DNA of 35,007 nucleotides from Perkinsus olseni (Eukaryota): NCBI GenBank assembly GCA_013115125.1, contig JABANN010000363.1, positions 1 to 35,007 of the forward strand, read 5' to 3'. Shown piece by piece: positions 13,310 to 24,666 of this stretch (position 1 is its first letter; each line of letters starts with the position of its first letter). The notes under the pieces were generated by a model. It saw only the letters and a program-made list of their open reading frames with translations, ran no database searches and was not told where the DNA came from. The position numbers and the translations under genes were made by a program.

Positions 13310-14657
13310 CTACTGAACGGCACAGTTCTGCCGTGCCGGTGGAGTATAGCCGCATGCAACACAGGCCGCGGCATTACCATTGTTGATCAGGGAACCTGCG
13401 AGGAGGATGAGGCACTAGCATACAGCAGAGTCGCCGAGAAACTCAAAAGCAGCCAGAAACCTGACATACTTGTCTACTACTAGAGTCAACCTCAAGATAC
13501 TCACATTTGCGACACCGCCACTGGTCAGCCCGACTGCTGCGACCTGCCGCCTTAGAACCGCTGCTCGAGGAAGTGACAACTGCTGGGCTGTTCTTCATAC
13601 CAGCCGCTGCCTTACCCGAAGACCCCCGCTTGAACAGCCTACTGGGACCTCGGGCTCTCCACCTGAAGGACACCATAGTGAGAAGCTAGAGTACTTTTGT
13701 GATCATCCAAGCGGGTACATTCCCCGCAGCTCGCAGTTACCATTCATAATATGAATCATGAATACGTTTCGATAGAGTCCCCGGACGACGCGTGTAAGCG
13801 GTATCAATCACGAGAGCTTCATCAATATTGTACTGGTAAACTTGAGATGTAGATCTTGCCGCTTACTCTCTGCAAGGGTGGGCATCCTCATACCGATGCT
13901 TCAGGCAGACCTTTGTATGGCATTTGGTACACTCATAGGAGTTCACTTCCGTCAGCCGTTCTCGACAGCCCTACCATACCGCAATCACCGTCACTTCACC
14001 ACCACCAGCCAACTCACCTCCACCGGGCACTTCTGGAGCCGCAGTTTGCCGTAGTTCTCCGGTCGACAGTCTGATGAGTGTGAGTGTCGGTCAAAGGCTC
14101 GGTCCTCCGTCTCTCCTGGTAACTGAAACCATCGAGTCCTACCCTCTATCCAACTCGTCCAACACAGTGGGTCACGCTAAGCCCCACTGACTAAGCACGA
14201 ACACTCCACCGCACCATCATGCAACAGAATAGTGAAGGGAAGAGCACCTTCAAAGAGCGCCTAGTTCGTCGAAGGAGGTATTCCGCTGCAGGAGTGTGTG
14301 TGCTTAGTACGAAGCAGTGTACGCTCTCAATGCTACGCGTAAACCCAGACGGAAGCCTGTGATCTGCATGTTTCCCCAGGCAATACTACCAAGTGGATAG
14401 AGGACTTGCAGAGCGGACAAATGATGACCTGCTGCTTATTATACGATGCTGAATTAAGATAGGGGCAGTGGTGGGCCTCATACGTCCGATGGTCGAGGCA
14501 AAACCTGATCAACACCAAAGAGACACTTCCCACTGCCCTTTGAGAAAGATCCACGTCGTTACTCTTTGTGACAGCGGTCGCATTCGAAAGGGAGGAAATC
14601 CTGTTGATGACAGTAGGGCTCCGCGCAGTGCGCTCCGAGATCTGCGAAGTCAGTCAT
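13310..14657 (-). CDS. ZFAND2/AIRAP-like double AN1 zinc-finger protein with RanBP2-type finger and C-terminal CAAX box
   Basis: MTDFADLGAHCAEPYCHQQDFLPFECDRCHK...FCLDHRTYEAHHC (AN1); VIICPLCKSSIHL; GCRERLTEVNSYECTKCHTKVCLKHRYEDAHPC (AN1); WRCRKCSLINNGNAAACVACG (RanBP2 pattern); ends QNCAVQ*. Confidence 0.9.
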
Positions 14658-14684
14658 AGACTACTGATACAAACGAACTGAGGA

Positions 14685-17600
14685 TTATGATGATAGCGAT
14701 ACCGAACCCCCACTCGCGGAGGCCCCGATGGTGACACGAAGCCATTGCCATAACCAAAGGCCATTATAGGTATAGAGTAACTGTCTTAAAGCTTTAGGAA
14801 GCAATGGTAGTAGTAGGGAGTTGCCTGGCGGGGTAATATAACAAACATGGGCGACTAATACAGTAGAAAGCGCTCTACGTAGAGCATACAACAGCCACTT
14901 ATCGTCATCACTGCTACTGCTCTCCTTTCCCTGATACAGCACCTAAAATACCGATAACCATCCAGCGCGGGCTAGAAGACACTAGGCAACTCTACTTCTA
15001 TCGCAACCATGAGGCTTTTCAAATCCGACACTCAAATTTCTCCATCAAGTAAATCAGTGGTTGAAAATGCGAAAACAAGAAGTCATAGTTTACTCTGGCG
15101 ATCGACTACCGCCAAGATAATACCATCTCCCCACACATCGCCGTTGTCCCCAGCATTACTCCCAGCCTCAGCATCAGAGTGTCGATGATGCTTGTGCTTA
15201 GCCGTAGAGGTCCTGCTAGTACCAGTAGGGCTATGCTCCTCGGTCAATGACGACATATCACTAGGAGGAGTATGGGACTCCGGGGTACCACCTATGCTCA
15301 CTTCCACCACAGTCGAGCCTGATGAAACGACGGAGGGGCTATACGCGAGATGATCATCAACTTTGACTCTACCTGAAGGTGATGACTTCTTCTTGCTGCC
15401 CTTGAGCATCTTAGTGAACCCTCGGAACGGCTTCGGTATGGAGCGAGCTGAAAGAGCACCGGCATGGAAGATGGGCGTGTGTAGTTTGAGATCCGATGCC
15501 TAGGGGTTTGGTCAGACAATGAAGGACGGTACACTGAGGGTAGCCATCACACTGAATATACACCTAGCATAGTAGCTGATACAGTATTTTTATCCTATCA
15601 TCTCCGATACTGAATTGCATGGATGATTCACAGACAAATACAAGCACGGCTTCCGTAGAGTCAGAGGTCCCGATTATTATGACCACCAGATTGTGAATGC
15701 TCCCCCTTGATATGCTGGTCAACAGGCTCGGTCTCCTCAGCTCGATGAGGACCCAGCGGCAGGGATGCAATCTCCTTCTCTGAGCATGTCTAGCTGATGT
15801 TGGGTACTTTGGTGTTGGTACTACCAAAGTTGGCTGTTCCAACCTTGTCCTCAAGAGCCTGCTTGAGTTCAAGATTCTGGTTCAAGACCATGCTAAAGTC
15901 GGAGGAAGCAAGCTGGGATTGATGCAGCACCGACTCATACCTGAGCGCACATAGCAAAAATGACCTTTCGCTAGCAGCACGGAAATATCTCCGATGAACT
16001 CTAAGTGACGGCTCCCCCTATACCCGATCCGAGCGCCAACCGATCAACCAGTATAACAGTAAGGAGAATCTTTCGACCACGGCAAGCTGTTCTCTATCAT
16101 GGTTCAGTGTTTGAAAAGACGTCCTCCCTTAAGACCTACCGAGACTCCATCGCCCGGTACTTCTTCGTCAGTTGCTCGATCTTAGCGCCTCGATGCGTAA
16201 CCTGCACAGCGTGTACATTAAAGGAGGTTGATGATGCCCTACTGTACCTCAATCTCTAAGGCCGAATATTCAGTCTGAAGCTTATTATGTGCAGTAGCAA
16301 GGGCTTGGAACTTGGCCACGAGGGCGTCGTACCTGCAGCGGAAGCGTGCCTGGTGACGATGCTCAATTTTCAGTCGCCGCTGTAGGAGACGTCACGAAGC
16401 CAGGTGGTTATTCCGTCTGATTCGAACCCTCGCCCTTTCGGATGAAAATCCGCAGACTGGTGGTGCAACGACTAGCCCAGTACGCCACTCGAATACTACT
16501 CTTCCTGGGACACACTATTTGCTGGAGGCTCTTGAGAGTCGCCCTTCACTCCCGAGGCGGTGTCTGATTCCTGTGCACCACCGTTAGTCCCCAGGCTCTT
16601 GGCGTCAAGATCGAAGATCGGATACTGAAAGAGCAACCATACCACATCACAGCGCGATAGGTTGGATAAGAAAAGTTATCTTCGCATAGAATGAGCGTCG
16701 AAAATATATCACCAATTACTCCAGTGCTCTTCACTCTATACTTCTCACCGCTGTCCGGAATACTTGTCCATTTGGACCAGAATTTCGCACTTCACCAGAG
16801 AGAGTAATCCGCGTTCCCGCTGGCGCGAACTAGTTGTCCATAAGAGTATTACAGAAAGGCCTGATGATTCTATCTTATCCCTGGTTATCTTGTGGGGCAC
16901 TGATGCTATATCAGCCTTCATCGAGATCATGTTAGTGCCCTGGCACGTTTGTCCAACTCGAACAAAGTGCCACTCTGAAGGGCCACAAGTCAGCAGCAGA
17001 GCGAGCATCAGTGATCTGCACTACCTCCCTGGTCGTACACGAACACTCCTACAATAACACTGGGGTAGTGTACCGACCCGCCACCGTCCGTCAATCTGAC
17101 GAATGTTGAAGATACTGAGGTGGTAGGCAGCTGGGTAAGCAGACCTGACATGATGTTATCCAGAGGTTGGTCCTTGACACACAGGAAAGCTATCACGAAA
17201 CTATTGCTATCATTCCATTCCATAGAACAAATGGCAATCACAGCCCCGGCGTTGCAAGCCTTCGCGATGTTACGTATCTTTCCCAGTCCAAAAGAGCGCA
17301 AAGCCTTGACCGCCACGAGACCCCGGCAGCCCCTATCCCTTTACTACCAGACTGCCTGTTCCTCTTGACCTGAGCTGCAAGTTTAGCCCCGAATTTCCGC
17401 TCAAATATATCATCACTTGTGGCTCGATAGAGTATCCTACCGTCATCCTCAGACTTTATAAGGAACTCCAAGCCCGGTAACTACATAACAGTACTGCCAG
17501 CGGGGGCCGTGAGTGGATGGTCTCACGTCAAGTATGTTCTCGTTATTATAGCAGCTGGCACACATCACAATCAATCGATCTTCCTTTATCCGATTACAAT

Positions 17601-18171
17601 CCAGTAATATAGAGCCTCCGTCCGACTCGTCCAGCGTCACTGCGCCTAAGATGGGCGATTGGTCCCAGACAGCCTCTGCGAGTGCTACTACCATCACAAG
17701 CCGAATGGCTGTTGAAAAACACCGTCCCATCGAGGACATACGAACATGAAGACGTCGAATTTGTGAGCTCCCCTTGCCGTCGAAAGACACTGATCAGAAG
17801 GAAAAGGTGAATCACGCACACTTGAGGTGGCATCCGAGAGATAGAATCTTAGGTCGAAGGTAGACCGTCGCAGAAAAGGTTGAGAGAATCATACAAGCCG
17901 TGCCGCCAGCGGCATATCTCAGTTATCGCCCCTAATACCTTGCATGAAGGTCAATTTCCACTTTAGGAGCTCGGCAGGTGACTCTACACGGCACTGCGGC
18001 TGCTGCTGCAGCAGGTGGTGGTGGTAATGATGTTGGCATCTCCTCTTTAGTAGCTCCTGCCTTCATAGGGCTGACCTCATCAGACTCTGGACTTGTCTCA
18101 GGAGGGACGGGCGCTCGATGGACGGGCTCAGAGGACACAGCAGGAGAGGAGGAAGAAGGCGGGGGGGACAT
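14685..18171 (-). CDS. Multi-exon protein with Pro/Ser-rich N-terminus, possible TerD-like domain, coiled coil and Ser-rich region
   Basis: ATG 18171 (MSPPPSSSS). Exons KVEIDLHA; GAVTLDESDGGSILLDCNRIKEDRLIVMCASCY; EWHFVRVGQTCQGTN (TerD-like by eye); YDALVAKFQALATAHNKLQTEYSALEIE. The 3' end and single-gene status are uncertain. Confidence 0.5.
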
Positions 18172-18468
18172 GCTACCGAATGCCCGATGGAAATATGAAA
18201 ATAAGTCTGACGACTCCGTCGTGCAAAAACTGGGAAGAGTGAATCTTAGGTTGATGCGCGTGTGATACGAGCGAGGTCAATTCGGAGTACTCAGCACAGT
18301 TTGGAAGCTCCACATACTCCTGTTCTGACGGACCTACGCGGCAAGCCATCACGGCAGTCATCACGAGGGAAGGCGCGCATAATAACGCTGAGGAAGCGCA
18401 AGTTGACTCAAGAATACAAGATCCCGGCTTTCACGCGATCTTGTCGAAGTTCCTCGAACTCAACAACA
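18172..18468. promoter_or_regulatory. Divergent strand-switch region, putative bidirectional promoter
   Basis: All genes to the left are on minus; all genes from 18469 to 31776 are on plus. Confidence 0.55.
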
Positions 18469-20917
18469 ATGGCATACCCTCCCAAGAACATACCCTCCAC
18501 TAAGGCTGATAGCGAAGCGGCGATATCAACCTCGATCTCCCCAGCCCGGCGGTGAGGCGGATTTGTCGAAAATTCTATCAGAAGTCGGCTGCGCTCAGGG
18601 AGAAGCTACTGGCTATCAAGAAACGTGAGGAGATGAAGGACTTGATCATCACCAAGTTAAAGAAGAAGCACTCGACTCATGAGGACCCTGAGAAGGACGA
18701 GTGCCGTAGTGAGAAGAGCGCCATGATTAAAAGGGAAGTCGGCAGGCTCTTGGACAACACCAATGCGCCCGTCACCGGTAGCGGATGGCACGCCTCGTGC
18801 CGGTCGGAGGTCGCGTATCTTTCAGAGGCGAACCTTGATAGACTCGAGCGTCGTATTCAAAGGAAGGTTGACACGGGTGCCTTGAAGGCTGATGACGAAG
18901 TGACTGTCTGCCAGGGCTAGTTGTCTCTTGGCACCTAGCGTATTTAGGTGTCGATTGTGAGTGGAGTCAGTGCCTACAGCCAACGGTCCATCGGGAGCAG
19001 CGTTAAAGGGCCCAAGAGGGTATCGAATAAGATGGAAACTATACAGGAGGGTAGTGGTGCCTTGGGAGACGCGTAGTGTGATTAACCGCTCGTAGATGAG
19101 GATCTAAGCGTAAGCGGACGGGCCTTGGGGGATGAGGGTCAGAGGCGATTCAACTGGAGTAGACTGGACGAGTGAGTCGAGGACGGGTTGCCGGGATCGA
19201 ACCTGGGACCTTTTGGTTGCGCTGGATGCAGATATTCTCAATATCTGCACGAGCAGGATAGCATCCGACAAAAGCTGAACGAGTTGGAGGTTAAGAAGCG
19301 TTTGGCCGAAGATTTGGGCCGTCAAGTGGGGATGCCCTTACTCGATCGAGCCTTGCTCATTCCGTCCTTGTAGATTCGAGAGAGTCGGTCGCGCAAGGCA
19401 CAGCTGCAGGAGGAAGAGAAGAAGTAGTGAGCCGGCGCCCGTGCCTTGGTGCCGCTGTCTCGAGAGGAGGAAGTTTCCCAAGGTACTTGGAGAACCAACT
19501 GGTTGAGATAGATGAGTGGCAGAAGTATGAGGACAAGGCGAACGCTGAGAGGAAGGAGAAGGCGATGAAGGTGGGCTGATAGAGTATGCTCATGAAGGGG
19601 CTAGCTGCAGTTTGCCAGGAGCAAAGGGACAGGGAAGTGCAGATCAACTTCGATAGGTCCAGGCAAGAGAGGGAGCTGGAGAAACGCAGGTGAGTCGAGT
19701 TAGGCTCAGTAATCTGTTGACTGTGGAGGGGTTGTAGGAATGAGGAGGCTAAGCTGGTTGAGAAGATAACGAGGGAGATGGCTCTAGAGAAACAAAAGAT
19801 ACTCCAGAGGAAACAGGTCGGGGCCTTCATTCGTTTTTCACCGGCATCGACCTCTGGATACTTCATCTCCGCCAGTCCTTGATGGCTTCACCTCAGGCTC
19901 AGCGAGCCGCTATGGTCGCCATCATGAAGGACAACGCAGAGGAAAGGAAGATACGGGAGGCGGAGCGAAGGAGGCAAATTCAATTCGATATTGAGAGCAT
20001 GGCCGAGTATAACAGGATCCTGGATGCTCAGGAAAAGGTAGTATGGAGTCAGATCCTAGTAGTCAGGCAACAGTCTTTCTTGCTGCTAGGCAAGGAAGGA
20101 TGAGATGGAGGCCCGTGTGGCGCGGCAGAAAGCTTTGATGGAGACTATGCAGGAGACGGTAGTGTGGTATGTGAGTAGGGGGATGAGTGGTATGCTGCTG
20201 GACAGGTCGTTAAGGAGCAGAATGCTAAGGCCAATGAGATGCTAGAGAGGGCGGATAAGCAGCTAGCTGAGGCCAACGCTAGGGCTGAGGAGAGGGAGAG
20301 ACTGAAGGAAGAAAGGCTTCGGGAGATGCGGCAACAAACGCAGGAGTATTTGGAGGGCATTGGAATTGAACCCGGGCCGATTCCTTGTGGCGTGTGATAG
20401 GTACTTATTCCAGCAAATGGCTGAGAAGGAGTCTCGTAAAAAGCACGCTCAGATGCTCAAGGATTTGCAAGCTCAAATTCTGGATAGTGACACCAAAGCG
20501 TGAGTCATGTTGTGCTCAGGAGTTTCGTGGCGCGCGACATTTGGATGGTTCAGATACCAGGAGAATGAAGCGCTGCGGTCGCAGCAGCGACGTGAGCATA
20601 ACGTTGAGCATAGGAGGCTCTTAGAGAAGCAAATCCAGGATAGGTGATGGGTTGAGTCCTGACCGGCCGACGGTCATTTGCCTTGTCTCAGGGAGCAGCA
20701 GAATGTAGTGGCCAAGTACGAGATGTCACCGGTGGAAGTCTCCATCAATCGGCAGCTGCTAGATGTTGTTGATAAGTCCTTGAATGAACGGGATGAGGCC
20801 ATGGCTGGTAGTGCTATATGCTTCTGGAGAGCTTTATGGTGATGGTATCTTCCCTCAGCTCTGCAGCAAGAGCCGACCCTCGAGAAGGAGGAGTGCAGTG
20901 AAGAGCTGGTAAATTGA
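18469..20917 (+). CDS. Trichohyalin-plectin-homology (TPH)-like coiled-coil protein, probably cytoskeletal or ciliary
   Basis: MAYPPKNIPSTK...ALREKLLAIKKREEMKDLII; E/R/K/Q-rich exons (MKDNAEERKIREAERRRQIQFDIESMAEYNRILDAQEK); C-terminal EMSPVEVSINRQLL; stop at 20915-20917. Confidence 0.7.
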
Positions 20918-21099
20918 CGGATGTTGTTATCTTGAAGCACATGAAGCCATGAATATCGTGGAGATGTGGATCCTGAAGACTGTTGTTGACTCACTTGGTC
21001 TCTGTGTTGAAGTCGGGTCAGGGCGCTGCATTGGGCGATTGGGTTGGAGCTTGGGCAGGCTGGTGCATTTTGTGTGATAGTAGTGGTATTGTGTGAATC

Positions 21100-21776
21100 A
21101 TGACAGATAGCACCGAGGCCTCGACAGTTGGAGACTACTTGCTACAGTACATCGTAGTACGGAAGGATCTGATGAAGGATAAGAAGGTGTGGAACCAAGG
21201 GGCGATCATAGCTCAGGTAATGGGAGGGGGTATCGGTAAGAAGCCAGCTTAGATACTGTTCGCTCGGTTAATAATTCTGCTTGTGCCGAGGTGGTCTCTT
21301 GCCTCCAGCTGGTTGGAAACCTTCTCCCACTGCTCCCTTGAGGGTGGTGTTCACGTTCCTGCATGCAGGCCTGCCATGCTTCAACGGCAGCCATTTTCGA
21401 GACCATTAACGACTGTGACACAGCCAAGTATCTATCGGACATTGACAATATGACCAAGTGCATACTCAAGGCTAATGACGAGGCAACCCTTCAGCAGCTA
21501 TCGCAGGTAGGAGTCGCGTGGAACCCACTCGTATCTTGTCTTCTATATGATGCCTGTCTAAGCTCAATCTCCGCCGTTCATACATGTGGCCTCATTCGGG
21601 ACGACTCAACAGATTAGCAGAATACAGCGATCGTCCCTCAGGAGCTCACTACAGCGAAGATAGCCCACAAGTTGTGGATCGAGCAGCCTGAGAATATACC
21701 CACTGCCCTGGCCACTGCGCCAGCGTACAAGTCCCGGGTCGGAGCCTTCTTCAAGAATCTAAAGTTACTTCGGTGA
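21100..21776 (+). CDS. PTRHD1: Peptidyl-tRNA hydrolase domain protein (PTH2 superfamily), 3 exons
   Basis: Exons 21100-21216, 21369-21506, 21642-21776: LLQYIVVRKDL...WNQGAIIAQ/ACHASTAAI...YLSDIDNMTKCILK/...HKLWIEQPENIPTALATAPAYKSRVGAFFKNLKLLR*. Confidence 0.93.
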
Positions 21777-21923
21777 CCAGTGGGACTTGTGTTGTAGAAG
21801 GCCTTCTGAAGACAGCGCATCATCAGGAGACTTTCTTCTGTATGCTCCACTGTTTCGCAGAGAGAAAGGATCACGCCGGGGATCGAACCTGGGCCTTTCA
21901 TCAGATCGTTGGTAAATTTAAAC

Positions 21924-24543
21924 ATGTCCATACCAACAGCAGGTTTTTTTCGGAGCGCATGGCTGTGTACAGTGCTTGTGCAGAACACCTTTGATGAGTA
22001 CCTTGAGTTCAGGCAGTTGAAGAAAAATGCCGGCACTAAGGTAAGTCCAATGGGAACCTCGCCTTCCATCAGCACTACTGTCATTCCCTCAGATACCCGA
22101 AGAAGTAAAAGGTGTGGTTGACCAGGAGACCTTCGTCAAGTCTCAGGGGTAGTGTGGCGACTTGGCTGGTTGTGGAGGGACTTGTCTTGATTGCAGTTAT
22201 AACTATGACAAGCGTCTCTTCGGTATGCTGGCGTCGGTGCTGGAAATGGTCTTTGATGTTTGGATGACACTCAAGGTCACTGGCAGTATCTTCGCCTGGA
22301 CCGGTACATACGGACCTCATCGCGAGCCATTCATCATCCCCTTTCCCCCTCAGGCACTATCGTGTCTCCTGAGAATGAGTACATGCGCACCATCATCTGG
22401 TTCATCCTCGGATCTTTGATCGGCGATGTAGGGGCGCTGTCTGCGCCTTGGGACCTTCAGACGCCCGTCTCTCCGTCAGGTTATTGCCATCCCAATATCC
22501 GCCTACCGCACCTTCGTCATGGAGCAACGACACGGCTTCAACAGGATGACTGTCAAGTTGTAAGTTCATCTCGACTCAGAAACCAGCCGTCCGAGTTCTG
22601 ACCGTACTCCAGTCCGACCTGACCGTAGTATTCGTGAATACTACGGTATTAGTACTAGTATATGTACCGTGGATTCTGACCTGCCACTAGCCTTACCGAC
22701 AGCTAGTGGCCATAGAATTCGCTCGTTCGAGGGCTGTCTTGTGATTAACGAACGCTCGGCACCCTTGAGGTCTACGGACTCTCCTAGTCGGGATGGCGAA
22801 GCGGTGCTACGGTGTGCTGTCAGGTTCATAACTGACTTGGTGAAGTCAGAGCTCATCAGCATGGTTTTTGTACTCCTACTCGTGCCACCCGTTATTTACC
22901 TCATCCGTTGGGGCGGCGAGTACTTCTATGTGTAAGCTCGTCTGACGATCTGATCACCCTGCTGGCATCTGCTAGGCCCCTCAGGTACGTGTGGGCCTTC
23001 TGTCAAGTCGTGGTTGTGGTGATGATGTTCGTCTATCCGGCGCTGATCCAGCCGCTATTCAACAAATACGAGGTAGGCCCTCGACAGCTTCCCGTCATTA
23101 ACTTCTACTTCCCTTTATCAGCCTCTCCATGACCTGCAACTCCGAGAGAAGATCGAGGCACTTGCTGATTCTCACAAGTTCCCCCTCACTAAGCTCTTCC
23201 AGGTAACTTGACCCGGGCTCCGCAGGGACGTGCTAGTACGGTTGCTGATGCGTTTTCAGGTTGATGGCTCAAAACGCTCCTCTCACAGCAACGCTTATTT
23301 CTTCGGTTTCTGGAAGAGCAAGCGCATCGTCCTCTTCGATACCCTCTTGAATCTCGCGCACGAGGAAATCCTCTCTGTAAGAACAACGCGGTCAGCTGGC
23401 GGCGCCTTCGCCAGTCCGATCGATCGTTCATCTGCGGGCTCTCGACTGTACTGTTGGATATCTTCGACCCTTAGGTTTTGGCGCACGAGCTTGGCCATTG
23501 GTATCACAATCACCTGGTTAAGTCCATGGCAGCGTCTAGTGCACATCTCTTCATCATCATGTATGCCTATGGAGTCTTCGTACAGCGCTATGGTGTGCAG
23601 CTGATGAGGTAGGAATACCCTTCACCCCTTCGAGTTTGGGAGACGTAGCTCTCTTAGTGACTTCGGCTTCCCAACTATGCCCGATGGATCGGTTCCCGTG
23701 ATGGTGGCGTTGATGCTCTTCGGCCGACTATGGCAGCCTATCGATCAGGCCATCAGTGTTCTTATGACTGTGCAGACCAGGTGGGTCAGGGGAATGGCTC
23801 TCGGACGCTTTCTCGCTTCCTCACGAAGTGCTTCAGTGCTACCAGCATTTGGGGTCGCTCGAGGCTTGCGTGCACTCGGCACGCTGCTCTCGTCTTCCTA
23901 GTTCGGAGTTCTCTGCCTGCTTATTGTCGTATGGAGGATTGTATTTGCAGGACCTTCGAGTTCCAAGCCGATCGCTTCTCCGTTAACGATGGTCGCAGTG
24001 CTGATTTGAAGACAGCTCTGATCAAGCTCCAGAAGGACAACCTGGGAGATATGGACCCTGATAGGCTGTAATAAGGCTTCGTCCGCTAGCCCCTATACCA
24101 TCCTGCCGAGTGAATCATAGCTAGATTGCGACATTGTTATACCGAAGTCTGACGTTACTCGTTCGGGTTCGGGTTTGCGACCCCGTTCGGGTTCGGGTTT
24201 CCGACCCCGTTTCCGTTTACGTTTACGGGTTTCCGTTCACGGCTTTGTCGAATTTTTCGACTGAGCCTCCGGACTACCCGTACTTTAACGGGATTCTACT
24301 CCGCAGGTATGCCTGGGTTAAGTACACTCATCCGGCGATCGTCGAGCGTCTGAGAGGTATTGATGAGGCCGAAGAGGCGTACGAGAAGAAGGGAGGCAAG
24401 CCTGCGGCTATATTCGAGACCTCCAAGGACAGGGAGGATGCGGTGAGTCTAGTGAAGGTAACGGGATGTGATGACAGTGTATTCAGGTGCTTGTGGAGAA
24501 GGAGGATGTGCCCGCTGATGCAGGTCTAAGGGAGCGTAAGTAG
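21924..24543 (+). CDS. STE24: CAAX prenyl protease 1 (peptidase M48A), multi-exon
   Basis: [53 protein letters not shown]; zinc motif [39 protein letters not shown]. Confidence 0.96.
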
Positions 24544-24666
24544 AGACTCTCTATCTGTCATCCAGCGCGACGGTTTATTTGTCTCAAGCCTTCAATGATT
24601 GTTGAGTCGTCACTTGGAGGTATGCAGGAAGGCCCGGGTTTCAGTTTGACTTCCGCATGAGTTTTG

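Noticed and set aside
16415-16435. Additional B-box-like GGGTTCGAATC
   Set aside because: Probably coding (KGRGFESDG) and lacks the flanks shared by the other copies.
22790-22813. Relict Perkinsus spliced leader (ACCGTAGC on minus)
   Set aside because: Only 8 nt match; the remainder of the SL is absent.
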